Part shown: positions 12,036 through 22,348 of the stretch, piece after piece | Layout of the letters: each line of letters opens with the position of its first letter | Numbering within the stretch: the first letter of the stretch is position 1 | NCBI GenBank assembly: GCA_963703315.1 | Contig: OY969811.1 | Span: 736,001 to 800,000 of the forward strand | Length of the DNA stretch: 64,000 nt | DNA from: an uncultured cyanobacterium | Lineage (GTDB): Bacteria; Cyanobacteriota; Cyanobacteriia; Pseudanabaenales; Pseudanabaenaceae | Direction: 5' to 3' | Translations under genes and position numbers: made by a program | The notes under the pieces: model-generated | What the model was told of the DNA's origin: nothing | Seen by the model: only the letters and a program-made list of their open reading frames with translations | Database searches by the model: none

Positions 12036-13489
12036 GCCAGCACCATCCAGAACAGTAGAATTAACGTCAGGCTCATAACACCAATCAGATTCTCAAAATC
12101 CTCGAACAACGTGGAAAATTTGACCACAGCGTGTTTAAAAATTAGCCAATATGCTATCCAACCGATCGCGATCGTTGCCAGAGGTTTGACGGCATTTTCC
12201 AGAGTATAGGCTTCATAGTAAACGGCATTTGCCACAAACAAGCCGCCCAATAAAATGGCGATCGCTACCCAAAACTCAACCCGCAAGGGTTCTTTAATCC
12301 CTGATTGAGCTTGATGCTTAGTTTGATTATGGTGGGGCAAGAAAATAAACTTAGCAAAGGAGATCGCCGTGCCTAAAGCCGCAATGTTCATTCCGATTAC
12401 CTGCCAAGGCTGGAGATTTTCCATAGTTAATACTTTTGCCCCAAATCCAGATAGTAAGGGAAACCCAGAAATGGAAAAGCTAGCAATCACCAAAGGTATC
12501 CAGAGTTGGGTAGGAATAGGCTGATGCTGCAATTCTTTCAGGTTACGGCTAGGCAAATTGCCCACAATTAGAAATAGAGCCGATTTGACTAAGCCATGGG
12601 TGAGCGCATAGAAGCCACCAACCTCTGGTGCAGCAAGGATAAAACCTAACTGCGAAATGGTATGAAAGGCTAACATCCGCTTGGCATCTTTCTCAAACAC
12701 AGCAAAAAAAACGCCAAGTAGAGCGGTTAAAACCCCAAATATGCGGACGATTGGGTCAAGTTCTTCAATCAATAATGCACAATGCACTAATGGCAAAATT
12801 CCCGCCTTTACGACTACTCCCGACATCAGTGCCGAGACTGGTGACTCGGATTCGGCATGGGTCAATGGCAGCCATAGTCCTGATACAAAGATCCCGCCCT
12901 TGGCTAACAGCCCTAAAAAGATCAAGGCGATCGCTTCGGGAGGTGCGCCTCGCAGTCCGCTAAAAGTAAAGGAATGGTTGGCTTTATATACCAACACTGC
13001 GCCAATCAGGTAAAACAACATGGCGACATTGCTGACAAATAAATAGCGCAAACCAATCCAAATGGAGCGATCGCTTCGGGGATAGGCAATCAATAAAAAG
13101 CTGGCAATGCTAATTACTTCTAGAGCCACATATAAACTGATGAAGTCGGAGCAGGCAAAAGCTGCATTGATACTGCCATGTAGCAATATGACTTGAGCAT
13201 AAAAAAAGGCGGTGCGATCGCTATTCCAGCAGTAAATAATCACGGCTGCCGTGACCAAAGCATTGGTCAAGATAAAAAATCCTGCCAAGGGATCAAGAAC
13301 CAAGGTCACACCAAAGTTATCGAGCAATTGTAAGTTGATCGGCGTTTGCTGGACAAACAGAGGAATCACGTATAGTGCCAACGCAAATGCACCGACTAAA
13401 GCCAAAATGCGATCGCACTTCGGAAATATATAAATAATGAATCCCACCAAAAATGGTAAGACAATCCAGAACAAAGTTAGGAAAGTCAT
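12032..13489 (-). CDS. mrpD: Mrp antiporter subunit D (NDH-like proton-translocating subunit)
   Basis: 'LYVALEV', 'WLPLTHAES..PVSALMSG', 'KRMLAFHTISQLG'. Confidence 0.9.
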   Translation of the reverse strand: MTFLTLFWIVLPFLVGFIIYIFPKCDRILALVGAFALALYVIPLFVQQTPINLQLLDNFGVTLVLDPLAGFFILTNALVTAAVIIYCWNSDRTAFFYAQVILLHGSINAAFACSDFISLYVALEVISIASFLLIAYPRSDRSIWIGLRYLFVSNVAMLFYLIGAVLVYKANHSFTFSGLRGAPPEAIALIFLGLLAKGGIFVSGLWLPLTHAESESPVSALMSGVVVKAGILPLVHCALLIEELDPIVRIFGVLTALLGVFFAVFEKDAKRMLAFHTISQLGFILAAPEVGGFYALTHGLVKSALFLIVGNLPSRNLKELQHQPIPTQLWIPLVIASFSISGFPLLSGFGAKVLTMENLQPWQVIGMNIAALGTAISFAKFIFLPHHNQTKHQAQSGIKEPLRVEFWVAIAILLGGLFVANAVYYEAYTLENAVKPLATIAIGWIAYWLIFKHAVVKFSTLFEDFENLIGVMSLTLILLFWMVLA

Positions 13490-13821
13490 ACCAGATCACT
13501 CTTCTCAATCTCATGAATTTCCAAGGTGGGATTATTGCGTGCGAGTTTGATCACCCCAACCAACATCAATGCTTGAATTGAGAAGCCAATCACGATCGCT
13601 GTCAAAATCACAGCCTGAGGTACTGGGTCTGCATAGTTAGTTCTTGGGATATCGCCAAGGATGGGTGTAAATACTCCTTGGCGGGATGCAATTACTACAA
13701 AATATGCGATTACGCCCGTACTCATCACATCCATAGAAATGATTTTCATAACAAGGTTCTTTTTAAGAATAATTCCTAAAAAGCCACAGAGTATAGTTGC
13801 AAGGACAAAGGCTTCTAACAC
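13486..13821 (-). CDS. mrpC: Mrp antiporter subunit C
   Basis: 'DPVPQAVILTAIVIG'. Confidence 0.92.
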   Translation of the reverse strand: MLEAFVLATILCGFLGIILKKNLVMKIISMDVMSTGVIAYFVVIASRQGVFTPILGDIPRTNYADPVPQAVILTAIVIGFSIQALMLVGVIKLARNNPTLEIHEIEKSDLV

Positions 13822-13924
13822 ATCAATTTTCTCTGACAGTATTACTAATAGAGTTTACTTTAGGCTTTTATGTAGCTTTTACACTCCGATTAAACCCAGA
13901 AAATTCTCTATATATAGCTGCTAT

Positions 13925-13979
13925 AAAAAACTAAGAGAGAGTCGCAGCGCAAAGCGCTGCGACTCTCTCTTAGTTTTTT
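13925..13979. repeat. GC-NNA-GC triloop palindrome
   Basis: Perfect arms AAAAAACTAAGAGAGAGTCGCAGCGC around AAA. Confidence 0.9.
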
Positions 13980-13984
13980 TTTGC

Positions 13985-15076
13985 TTATTGTTTTGGTGTT
14001 TTTTGTTGGATCTTTTTATCGATCGCCTGTAATGCTTTTTCGTGATCTTCTAAATTGCGACTAAATACATGACTACCATCATATTTGGCAACAAAAAATA
14101 AATAATCGGTATTCGCTGGATCAAGAGTAGCTTTAAGACTGGCTAATCCGACTGAAGCGATCGCCCCCGGTGGTAATCCTTCATTGAGATAGGTGTTATA
14201 CGGAGAAGCCGTTCGTACCTGTTCCAGTGTAAGTGGGTTTTCAGGAGTCTGTTTAATATTTAAGCCATATTCCACAGTGGGATCTGCCTCTAGACGCATA
14301 TTCTTTTTCAGGCGGTTCCAGAAAACACCTGAGATAATGCGACGCTCTGATTCGATCACCGATTCCTTTTCGACGATACTCGCAAGAGTGACCCAATCCT
14401 TGAGGCTAACTTTGACCTTAGGCTTGCCCGTCTGATTCTCTTTGTAAACAGGTAAAGCAACCTGCTCAAAGCGATCGAGCATTAAGTCAATAATGCGATC
14501 TGGTGTCGCTTCCGATGGCAGAATTTGATAGGTATCAGGAAAAAGAAATCCCTCTAAACTAGGAATATCTTCAGGTAGCCAAGGGCGACGCAAAGGACTC
14601 GTCCTTTGTGCTGCTGCAATGAAATCCTTAGCTGCAAAAAAGCCTTGCTTCTCAAATAAATCTGCCATCTGGGCGATCGACCAACCTTCAGGGATTGTAA
14701 ATCGCACTTCGGTGGATTTAGCGGTTTGAATTTGGGCAACAACTTCTGGCAGCGATTGAGTGGTTACAAAGTCATAGGTTCCCGATCGCAAGGCTACTGA
14801 TTCGCTACTGCGTAGTGATTGCCAAAATATCCACAGGCGCAAAGCTAAGCTAGAGCGAATTACGCCTGCGGCTTCTAGTTCTTGGGCGATCGCCTGAGTG
14901 GGGGTTCCATCAGATATGGTTAATCTAATTTTTGCCCCAAAGTTGCTAGGTGCAGCACTTGCCCAAAGCCACCAAGAGCTACTAATTACGCCTGTAACTA
15001 GTAAGGTTAGTGGAATTGCAACTCCATAAAATAGCCAATTAGAACTCTTCTTCGGCATCTTCTGTGCTGAGGACAT
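13985..15076 (-). CDS. mltG: endolytic murein transglycosylase
   Basis: 'TIPEG', 'LEGFLFPDTY', 'ASIVEKE', 'SPYNTY..GLPPGAI'. Confidence 0.93.
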   Translation of the reverse strand: MSSAQKMPKKSSNWLFYGVAIPLTLLVTGVISSSWWLWASAAPSNFGAKIRLTISDGTPTQAIAQELEAAGVIRSSLALRLWIFWQSLRSSESVALRSGTYDFVTTQSLPEVVAQIQTAKSTEVRFTIPEGWSIAQMADLFEKQGFFAAKDFIAAAQRTSPLRRPWLPEDIPSLEGFLFPDTYQILPSEATPDRIIDLMLDRFEQVALPVYKENQTGKPKVKVSLKDWVTLASIVEKESVIESERRIISGVFWNRLKKNMRLEADPTVEYGLNIKQTPENPLTLEQVRTASPYNTYLNEGLPPGAIASVGLASLKATLDPANTDYLFFVAKYDGSHVFSRNLEDHEKALQAIDKKIQQKTPKQ

Positions 15077-15593
15077 GGTCTAAATATTGCTCCACATAAG
15101 GCTCAAGGGCTACCATCTCATCAGGTGTAAGAATTTCAGGCTGACCATTAGCTCCAACTTTGGCAATAAACATTAGAGGATCAAGGGAGGTGAAAACTGA
15201 AAAAGCTTGCTCTTCATAGTAGAAATGCGCTAGTTCTTGGAATTCCCCACAGTTGCCATCTTCCTCGGTATCAATCTCAATGATATCCTCTTCAGTAGGC
15301 TCAGGTAATTCACCCTCAACGGTCAACGTATGGGCAGAACGCTTTAGAGAAAGATTTTGTTCTGCTAAAACTGCCTGAGCTACTGGAAAAATTAGATCAA
15401 TTTCCTCTTCGGTGACATCGACTAATTCAGTTTCTTCTTCGTCATCGGTTTCTTGCCATGCAAAGATTTGCACAGAAAAATCCACTGGTTGCAGTAATAA
15501 ATATTCGGTACTGTCCACTTTAAAAGCGGTTTCCACAGTGCAAGGCAAGCTCTTACCTGCGTCATCCGTAAGTACGATCGTCGATCCTTCCAT
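15039..15593 (-). CDS. DUF3727/DUF1292-type acidic protein
   Basis: Acidic cyanobacterial protein in conserved ruvX-X-mltG synteny. Confidence 0.75.
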   Translation of the reverse strand: MEGSTIVLTDDAGKSLPCTVETAFKVDSTEYLLLQPVDFSVQIFAWQETDDEEETELVDVTEEEIDLIFPVAQAVLAEQNLSLKRSAHTLTVEGELPEPTEEDIIEIDTEEDGNCGEFQELAHFYYEEQAFSVFTSLDPLMFIAKVGANGQPEILTPDEMVALEPYVEQYLDHVLSTEDAEEEF

Positions 15594-15731
15594 AGATTGC
15601 TGTTTTGTATCCTATAGCACTACTAGCTCAGAGAAACGCTCTTATATAAGGCTTTCGGCGCTTTAAGCATTATGCCAGTAAAGGGGACATATTTAGAAAA
15701 TAGAGATGCGGCGAAGTAGCATCTCTATTTT

Positions 15732-16154
15732 CTAAGATTGATTCTTGAGAGCTAGCCATTGCTGCAAAATCAGGGCGGCGGCTTTGCGATCAATCATTTC
15801 TTTGTTTTGTCTGGTGGAAATACCTTGCGATCGCATCATTTCTTCGGCTTCGTAGGAGGTTAGGCGCTCATCGACAAATTCTAAAATCATGCCGAGTTGT
15901 TTGGCAGCCCCGTTAGCAAATTTTTGGACGTGTTTGGCTTGATGCCCCAATGATCCATCCATGTTGTAGGGCAAGCCAACCACAAGAGTATCGATATTAC
16001 GCTCAGTTATTAGCGATCGCAAGATTGCCATATCCTCATCCCATGATTTACGAATAATCGTGGTAATGCCATGTACTGATATACCGAGGCGATCGCATCC
16101 TGCGACACCGATCCGTTTTCTACCGACATCTAAACCTAGTGCTGCATATTGCAT
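15732..16154 (-). CDS. ruvX: YqgF/RuvX pre-16S rRNA nuclease
   Basis: 'LGLDVGRKRIGVA', 'VVGLP', 'DERLTS', 'DRKAAALILQ'. Confidence 0.93.
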   Translation of the reverse strand: MQYAALGLDVGRKRIGVAGCDRLGISVHGITTIIRKSWDEDMAILRSLITERNIDTLVVGLPYNMDGSLGHQAKHVQKFANGAAKQLGMILEFVDERLTSYEAEEMMRSQGISTRQNKEMIDRKAAALILQQWLALKNQS

Positions 16155-16202
16155 AAGTATCTTTGGCGTGTCGTACTTCGCACGACACGCTACTGGTTTT
16201 GT

Positions 16203-16844
16203 CTATTGATTTTGAAATGGTTGTACTTTTTGAATTAAGGTTTGCGATCGCGCAATGATCGTTGTCCAATCATTCTCGGCGATCGCCTCAATCGAAAATA
16301 AATGGCTGGAAATACCAACGGCGATCGCCCCTGCCGCGAGAAATTGATCAGCATTTTGAATCGTAATTCCCCCTGTGGGAATTAAAGGGATCTCGCGTAA
16401 TACAGGTTGTAAGCATTTTAGGTAATCCACACCACCAATTACTTTGATCGGAAAAACTTTAACGGCGGCAGCTCCTGCTTGCCATGCAGTGACAATTTCG
16501 GTGGGGGTGAGTGCGCCTGCAATCACAGGAATATTATTTTCTAAACCTTTAGCAATTAAGTCGGGATTAGTGTGGGGCGTAAACAAAAAGCTACAACCAC
16601 AGGCGATCGCTCGTTCCGCACTGTCCATATCTAAAATTGTGCCTGTGCCAATTTTGCAATCAGGTAGCTCCTGTTGCAACTTGGGGATGAGAGATTCAGA
16701 GCGATCGGTGTTCCAAGCGATTTCGATCAGCTTAATCCCACCTGCGGCAGCAGCAAGTGCCATTTCTCGTGCCGTACCAACATTATCAGCGCGAATAACG
16801 GCAATAATGCGATGCTGTTGCAACAAACTGAGCCAAGGATTCAC
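16203..16844 (-). CDS. eda: KDPG/KHG aldolase
   Basis: 'IAVIR', 'GTGTIL', 'TPTEI', 'VKVFP', 'PTGGI'. Confidence 0.9.
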   Translation of the reverse strand: MNPWLSLLQQHRIIAVIRADNVGTAREMALAAAAGGIKLIEIAWNTDRSESLIPKLQQELPDCKIGTGTILDMDSAERAIACGCSFLFTPHTNPDLIAKGLENNIPVIAGALTPTEIVTAWQAGAAAVKVFPIKVIGGVDYLKCLQPVLREIPLIPTGGITIQNADQFLAAGAIAVGISSHLFSIEAIAENDWTTIIARSQTLIQKVQPFQNQ

Positions 16845-16926
16845 AGATTTTATAGAAATTTACATTTGCGATCAACTGCCCAAGATCATGCCACAGATTG
16901 ATCGTAGGTGCAATTTATCCCAAAAC

Positions 16927-16981
16927 TAAAACCCAAAAGAGAGTGGCGGCGCGAAGCGCCGCCACTCTCTTTTGGGTTTTA
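16927..16981. repeat. GC-NNA-GC triloop palindrome
   Basis: Perfect arms TAAAACCCAAAAGAGAGTGGCGGCGC around GAA. Confidence 0.9.
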
Positions 16982-17118
16982 TGTCTTAACTTGCTTGGCT
17001 CTTGGCTATAGTTAAAAAAAACTTACTGAGTTTGTTTTTTAATTCACAAAAGTATTGCCCTTGCGATCATTTATGCTTTAGACAAGTTGTTTACAAAGAT
17101 TTTTACCAAAACTAAATT

Positions 17119-17577
17119 ATGGCTTTGAATGTTGGCGATCGCGCCCCAGAGTTTAGCTTGCCCGACACCAATGGCAATATCGTGACCCTATCTAGCCTTA
17201 AGGGAAACCGAGTTATTTTATATTTTTATCCCCGCGATAACACCCCTGGATGCACTAAGGAAGCTTGTGGGTTTCGCGACAATTACGCCCAATTTCAAGC
17301 AAAAAACACATTGATTTTTGGGGTAAGCACCGATGATGCGAAATCACACCAAAAATTTACTGCTAAGTTTGAATTACCTTTCCCATTACTCAGCGATGTT
17401 GATGGTCAAGTTGCTACTGCCTATGAGAGCTATGGCAAAAAACAATTTATGGGTAAAGAGTATTTAGGTGTTTTCCGTAATACCTTTGTGATTGACCCAG
17501 AAGGTAAAATTGAGAAAATTTATCTTAGAGTTAAAGCAGAGCCACATCCTGCCCAAGTTCTAGCTGATATCCTTTGA
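17119..17577 (+). CDS. bcp: peroxiredoxin Q / BCP
   Basis: 'YFYPRDNTPGCTKEAC'. Confidence 0.95.
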   Translation: MALNVGDRAPEFSLPDTNGNIVTLSSLKGNRVILYFYPRDNTPGCTKEACGFRDNYAQFQAKNTLIFGVSTDDAKSHQKFTAKFELPFPLLSDVDGQVATAYESYGKKQFMGKEYLGVFRNTFVIDPEGKIEKIYLRVKAEPHPAQVLADIL

Positions 17578-17578
17578 G

Positions 17579-18457
17579 GTGTATACATTGGAACCAAGCC
17601 TAATTAAGTCTTTGATTGCTGAACCTTGGGTAATTCGCGATCGCCAATTTATTTGGGGCGAGCGCACTTATCTGATGGGTGTTTTAAATGTTACGCCCGA
17701 CAGTTTTAGTGATGGTGGTCGATTTGCTTCTAAGGATGCGGCACTTCAGCAGGTCGCGCAGATGCTGCCCTATATTGACATTCTGGACATTGGTGGCGAG
17801 TCCACCCGTCCCGATGCTCAACCTGTCAGTGCTGAAGAGGAAAGCGATCGCATTTTGCCAATTATTGAGGCAGTTCGTGCCGCATACCCTAACCTCCCCA
17901 TTTCCGTTGATACTGTCAAGGCAAGCGTGGCAAAAGCAGCGATCGCCGCAGGAGCCGATATCCTCAACGATGTGTCGTCAGGTCGGTTTGATCTGGAAAT
18001 GTTACCTCTAGCAGGAAAGTTGCAAGTACCAATTTTTTTGATGCATATGCAAGGCGAACCCCGCACGATGCAAGCTAATCCGCAATATCGCAATGTCGTG
18101 CAAGAGGTGAAGCAATTTCTCAGCGATGCGATCACGGTAGCAAAGGCTTGTGGTATTCCTGCAAATTTAATTGCGATCGATCCAGGAATTGGCTTTGGTA
18201 AAACTCTGGAGCATAATCTTGACCTATTAAGAAACTTAAGTGTTTTTAAAACGATTAAAGCTCCACTTTTAGTAGGCGTATCGCGCAAAAGTTTTATTGG
18301 CAAAATCTGCGATCGACCTGATCCTCGCGATCGCTTATTTGGAACGATATCTGCCTGTAGTGCTTGCATCGCAGGTGGCGCTGATATTTTACGAGTACAT
18401 GACCCTAAAGAAGTTGCCGATGCTTGTCGCGTTAGTGATGCAATTTTTCGCTTATAA
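17579..18457 (+). CDS. folP: dihydropteroate synthase
   Basis: 'NVTPDSFSDGG', 'GGESTRP', 'DPGIGFGK', 'SRKSF', 'RVHD'. Confidence 0.96.
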   Translation: MYTLEPSLIKSLIAEPWVIRDRQFIWGERTYLMGVLNVTPDSFSDGGRFASKDAALQQVAQMLPYIDILDIGGESTRPDAQPVSAEEESDRILPIIEAVRAAYPNLPISVDTVKASVAKAAIAAGADILNDVSSGRFDLEMLPLAGKLQVPIFLMHMQGEPRTMQANPQYRNVVQEVKQFLSDAITVAKACGIPANLIAIDPGIGFGKTLEHNLDLLRNLSVFKTIKAPLLVGVSRKSFIGKICDRPDPRDRLFGTISACSACIAGGADILRVHDPKEVADACRVSDAIFRL

Positions 18458-18605
18458 AGACTATTGCAAAACCCGCATAATCTCTATGCAAAATTACTAA
18501 TAATAAAAAGTATCCCTAACAGTCCATCAGTTACAATAGCGACACAGGATGTAGGCTTTAATACCATCCAAATAAAGTTTGTAATCATTTTTTAGAGGGC
18601 AAGAC

Positions 18606-19709
18606 GTGCCACAGGCTAAGCATTTGCTGATTGGTTCCACCAGATCAGGTAGTGGTAAATCAGCAACAATTTTGGGTTTAACATATCATTTGCAAGCCAA
18701 AGGTTACAAAGTTGGCTACGGTAAACCAATTGGCACTTTTACGACCAAAGAATTACCTGAGTCAGCCGAACGTGGAGAAGCTGATGTGGAATTTATTAGA
18801 AAAGCGCTCAATTTACCGCAATCACTCCTACGCCCCACGCTCCTAAATCTTGACCGAGCTGCTATTCAGCGTCGTTTATCTGGTGAAGATAAGGCTGACT
18901 ACAGCCATAAACTAGAAGAATACAAAACAATCATCGAAGGCGATCTTGTCCTTTTAGAAGCTCCTGCTAACACCGCAGAGGGTGCTATTTTTGGATTGTC
19001 CTTAGAGGAAATGGCAAATCATCTTGATGCCCCAATTGTTTTAGTCATGCGATTTGGCTCACTCTTAGTTGTGGATCACATTTTGATGGCAAAACAGCGT
19101 TTCGGTAAGCATCTGTTGGGAGTAGTCATTAATGACATCCCTGAAGATCAATACGAAACTGCGATCGAAATCCTGCATCCCTATCTTGAAGAACAGGGTA
19201 TTCCCGTATTTGCTCTCATGCCCGAAAATCGCACCTTACGCAGTGTCAGCGTCTCCGAAATCATTGAGCAGCTAGGTGCAACGATACTCTGTTCTCCTGA
19301 AAATATTGATTTAGGCAAAGTCATGGTCGAGGAGCTAAAAATTGGGGCTATGGATGTTAATTCTGCCCAAAGCTATTTCCGTAAATCCTATAACAAGGCT
19401 GTAATTACAGGCAGCAGCCGCATTGATCTCCAATTTGCTGCTCTCGAAACTTCTACCAATTGCCTGATCCTCACGGGTCGCCCTTTCATTAACGACGATG
19501 TTGCTCACAAGGCGAAGGAATTGGGTGTACCCGTACTTTCTGTCAACAAAGACACCTTGAGTACAGTTAGTATTATTGAAGGTTGTCTTGGTCAAGTCCG
19601 TTTACATGAAGGGATTAAAGTGACGAGTATTTGCGACATGATGGGCAAGCACTTTAATTTCGATCGCCTATTAAAGCTCATGAAAGTCAAGGCTCTTGCC
19701 ACCGCTTAA
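18606..19709 (+). CDS. phosphotransacetylase-family protein (BioD-like AAA_26 + DRTGG domains)
   Basis: N-terminal P-loop 'SGSGKS', 'GYGKP', DRTGG-like 'ITGSSRID'; no PTA catalytic domain. Confidence 0.82.
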   Translation: MPQAKHLLIGSTRSGSGKSATILGLTYHLQAKGYKVGYGKPIGTFTTKELPESAERGEADVEFIRKALNLPQSLLRPTLLNLDRAAIQRRLSGEDKADYSHKLEEYKTIIEGDLVLLEAPANTAEGAIFGLSLEEMANHLDAPIVLVMRFGSLLVVDHILMAKQRFGKHLLGVVINDIPEDQYETAIEILHPYLEEQGIPVFALMPENRTLRSVSVSEIIEQLGATILCSPENIDLGKVMVEELKIGAMDVNSAQSYFRKSYNKAVITGSSRIDLQFAALETSTNCLILTGRPFINDDVAHKAKELGVPVLSVNKDTLSTVSIIEGCLGQVRLHEGIKVTSICDMMGKHFNFDRLLKLMKVKALATA

Positions 19710-19742
19710 ATAAAAAAAGATTGTGCTTTGCACAATCTTTTT

Positions 19743-19973
19743 TTACATCTCTTGGAGAGTTTTCCAGCCAGGTTGCCATAGCGATCGCCTTTTGAGGGCT
19801 TTAGCATTGAGCCAAAACCTCACAGAATCATCACAAGCTGCTTTGATCTCTGCAAAAACTAAATCACCCTCATTTTTGCGATTGACTACTACAAAATGTC
19901 GCCAGCCAAAGGTTTCTTGCATAGCTGTCCATTTTGATCCGATTAAATGCGGAAACTTTTGTTTTTTCGGCAT
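19743..19973 (-). CDS. TIGR02450-family Trp-rich protein
   Basis: 'GSKWTA...GWRHF...WQPGW'. Confidence 0.8.
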   Translation of the reverse strand: MPKKQKFPHLIGSKWTAMQETFGWRHFVVVNRKNEGDLVFAEIKAACDDSVRFWLNAKALKRRSLWQPGWKTLQEM

Positions 19974-19982
19974 GGCATATAT

Positions 19983-20026
19983 TTAGACATAAAAAATTGC
20001 GAGTAATCGCAATTTTTTATGTCTAA
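19983..20026. terminator. perfect hairpin between two co-oriented minus-strand genes
   Basis: TTAGACATAAAAAATTGCGA-GTAA-TCGCAATTTTTTATGTCTAA. Confidence 0.5.
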
Positions 20027-20265
20027 TCAACATCATCATCATCAAGATCATCATCATCGTCATCGATGTAACTAGCATCATCACCGAGCATCAATTCACT
20101 CAGTTCTTCAGCTTCATCATCAAACTTTAGGCTGGACTCAGTGCCTTCTCTAGCAATCAGTCTACCTGTAGACTCTAACCAATCCAAGATCGATACTTCT
20201 TGCTGAGTAGGAATGATGGCAGCAGGTTGGTTGCGGCGTTGAACGCGCAAAGCGGGGTTATTCAT
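20023..20265 (-). CDS. DUF3134-like protein with acidic tail
   Basis: 'NPALR..RNQPA..IP...SILDWLESTGRLI'; ATG at 20265 preferred. Confidence 0.72.
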   Translation of the reverse strand: MNNPALRVQRRNQPAAIIPTQQEVSILDWLESTGRLIAREGTESSLKFDDEAEELSELMLGDDASYIDDDDDDLDDDDVD

Positions 20266-20328
20266 ATCTAAAAAAATACCTATTGTGATTACCAATCAAA
20301 AAGAGTGCTAAGCACCCTTCTCGATTAT

Positions 20329-20667
20329 TTAGAAACCTGCGGGTAAACCTAAGCCACCAGTGAGATCTTCCATTTTTTGTTTCATTGTGCCAGTCGAAAG
20401 CTGATAAGCATCCTTTAAAGCTGCAAGTACTAAGTCTGATAAAACTTCTGCACCTTCGTTCAATGCTTCTGGGGCAATTTCTACACTTTGAGGTTCTTGG
20501 TTGCCACTTAGGGTTACTTTAACTAAGCCGCCGCCTGATTCACCAGTTAGACGTAGTTGATCTAATTCTTCTTGTAACTTTTTCGCGCCTTCTTGAATTT
20601 GCTGCGCTTTTTGGAAGGCTTCTTTCATTTTGCCTAAACCAAAGCCAAATCCTTTTCCGTCTGACAT
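20329..20667 (-). CDS. ybaB: YbaB/EbfC nucleoid-associated protein
   Basis: '[14 protein letters not shown]', '[10 protein letters not shown]', 'LTGGLGL'. Confidence 0.92.
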   Translation of the reverse strand: MSDGKGFGFGLGKMKEAFQKAQQIQEGAKKLQEELDQLRLTGESGGGLVKVTLSGNQEPQSVEIAPEALNEGAEVLSDLVLAALKDAYQLSTGTMKQKMEDLTGGLGLPAGF

Positions 20668-20828
20668 AGCAGTATCAGTCTTGTTCTAAGTTTTCCCATA
20701 TATTATGTCACTAATCGTCACGGTTCGGTAAGTACGGTCATCTAGATATCCGTCCATAGACGTGCATCAACAAATCTAGAAATATGTTTGATATTTTTTT
20801 CATATAATCACAGGACTATAAAGCTTAC

Positions 20829-20872
20829 GGTTCGCTGATGTTTGAAATAAGTCAAAACATTTGACGAAAAAA
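20829..20872 (+). repeat. ~45-bp inverted repeat, left copy (partner at 22305-22348)
   Basis: GGTTCGCTGATGTTTGAAATAAGTCAAAACATTTGACGAAAAAA matches the reverse complement of 22305-22348 with about 4 mismatches. Confidence 0.8.
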
Positions 20873-20883
20873 TTTAATTGTTA

Positions 20884-22068
20884 TCACTCAGCAGGTCTAT
20901 TTTTTTCTACATCCATTAAGAGATTTTGCAATCCCTGATAGGGAGATGGATATATTTTTAGCTTCTTATGCCACTTATCAATCCATTCTTTTTCATCTTC
21001 CTCACAGTTTTGATCGGATAAATCCTTTAGACTATCAGGAAGATTTGTATTGCACAGATATGTATGCTTCAATTGTTCTCTTGTTAACTCCTTTGCATCC
21101 TCAAAATCTGCACCACTGAGGTTTGCGCCATCAAGTTTTGTGCTTTTGAGATTTGCACCCTTAAGTTTGGTATATTTGAGATTTGCACCTTCAAGATTGG
21201 CTACGAATAAATCTGCACTCTCAAGATTAGCGCATGTGAGATATGCGCCCTTAAGCCTGCTTCCTACAAAGTTTACGCCATTAAGCCATGAGGATTCTAG
21301 GTCTGACCCCTTAAGATTAGCTCCTGAAAGATTTGCGTTCCAAAGATTAGCTCCTGAAAGATTTGCGTACTCAAGATTAGCTTTTGAAAGATCTGCGCCA
21401 TTCTCTAAAGTTAGACCAGAAAGAGATTCACCCTGCTCAACTAAATCTTCTAATGCTGCAATCCTAGCGCCGCAAACCTTCTGACTATGAGATGTATGAA
21501 TCACTTGCCATGCTTGGTATTTTGCTTGCCGTTCACGTTGAGGGATTTCTTGGAGAAATTTCCATCCCACGTAGAGGATAGTTAAATTTGGTAGCACACC
21601 AAAAAACCACAATAGCCCCTGCCCTGTCAACTTAAATCGTTGGCTACGGCTTAGATCTTGATAAAACCAAACAATTGGACTTAGTAAGTTGTCCCTCCTA
21701 ACATCTGGCAGGAGGTCTGGATTTGACTTTTGGAGAGCTAATAGCTTTTTGTATTCATCGGGTTTAATTTCAAGCTTCTTAGATTCGCTTTGGATCATTA
21801 GTTCCCGAACAAATGGGTCAGTCTTCTTGTTTACAGCCTCGATACTATTTTTTGTCTTAGAGATCAAATCTTTTAATTCTTGACTTTCCAGACTATTTTC
21901 TTGTTTATTTTCTGGGTAGAAAGCTATGGACAAGAGCAATAAAACGAATAGACTACTACCAATCTTTAAGCCTGTCATCAAGCCATTATTTTGCTTCAAT
22001 CTAGAGACAAACTTGCTCTTGAGCAAAGTCTCCCAAAAAGGTCTGCTTGGGACATTATTATTTTCCAA
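20884..22068 (-). CDS. membrane-anchored pentapeptide-repeat protein
   Basis: 2 TM helices, 'QAWQVI...ARIAALEDL', then A(D/N)LxG repeats; AT-rich and no HIP1 seen. Confidence 0.85.
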   Translation of the reverse strand: MENNNVPSRPFWETLLKSKFVSRLKQNNGLMTGLKIGSSLFVLLLLSIAFYPENKQENSLESQELKDLISKTKNSIEAVNKKTDPFVRELMIQSESKKLEIKPDEYKKLLALQKSNPDLLPDVRRDNLLSPIVWFYQDLSRSQRFKLTGQGLLWFFGVLPNLTILYVGWKFLQEIPQRERQAKYQAWQVIHTSHSQKVCGARIAALEDLVEQGESLSGLTLENGADLSKANLEYANLSGANLWNANLSGANLKGSDLESSWLNGVNFVGSRLKGAYLTCANLESADLFVANLEGANLKYTKLKGANLKSTKLDGANLSGADFEDAKELTREQLKHTYLCNTNLPDSLKDLSDQNCEEDEKEWIDKWHKKLKIYPSPYQGLQNLLMDVEKNRPAE

Positions 22069-22151
22069 TATTCTTTATCCTCAATAACTATTTATCACTA
22101 TCAAAAATCTTAATCGTTTTAAGATTTTACAAGTTTAATCATATAAATTAT

Positions 22152-22348
22152 GGTTTGCTGATTTTTTAAGTGTAAACAGCTTTCATTTATTTAGTTTTTA
22201 ACTACTAATAATCAGTAATTAATTTTTTTAAGATGTTATTGTCAACATAATTCCTATAAAAACCAATAGTAGCATCAAAAAATTTACAAATCCTGAAAGA
22301 CCTATTTTCTCGTCAAATGTTTTGACCTATTTCAAAAATTAGCGAACC
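22152..22348. mobile_element. putative ~197-bp AT-rich MITE / IS-end remnant
   Basis: Ends GGTTTGCTGATTTTTTAA and (reverse complement) GGTTCGCTAATTTTTGAA; no target duplication found. Confidence 0.4.

Noticed and set aside
9587..13821. Unusual Mrp operon lacking full-length MrpA
   Set aside because: The C-D-E-F-G-DUF4040-B layout is, to my knowledge, common in cyanobacteria.
20027..20065. (TCA)n microsatellite
   Set aside because: It encodes the poly-Asp tail of the DUF3134-like protein.
21050..21484. Repetitive + strand ORF and 30-bp DNA repeats
   Set aside because: Antisense shadow of the pentapeptide-repeat gene.
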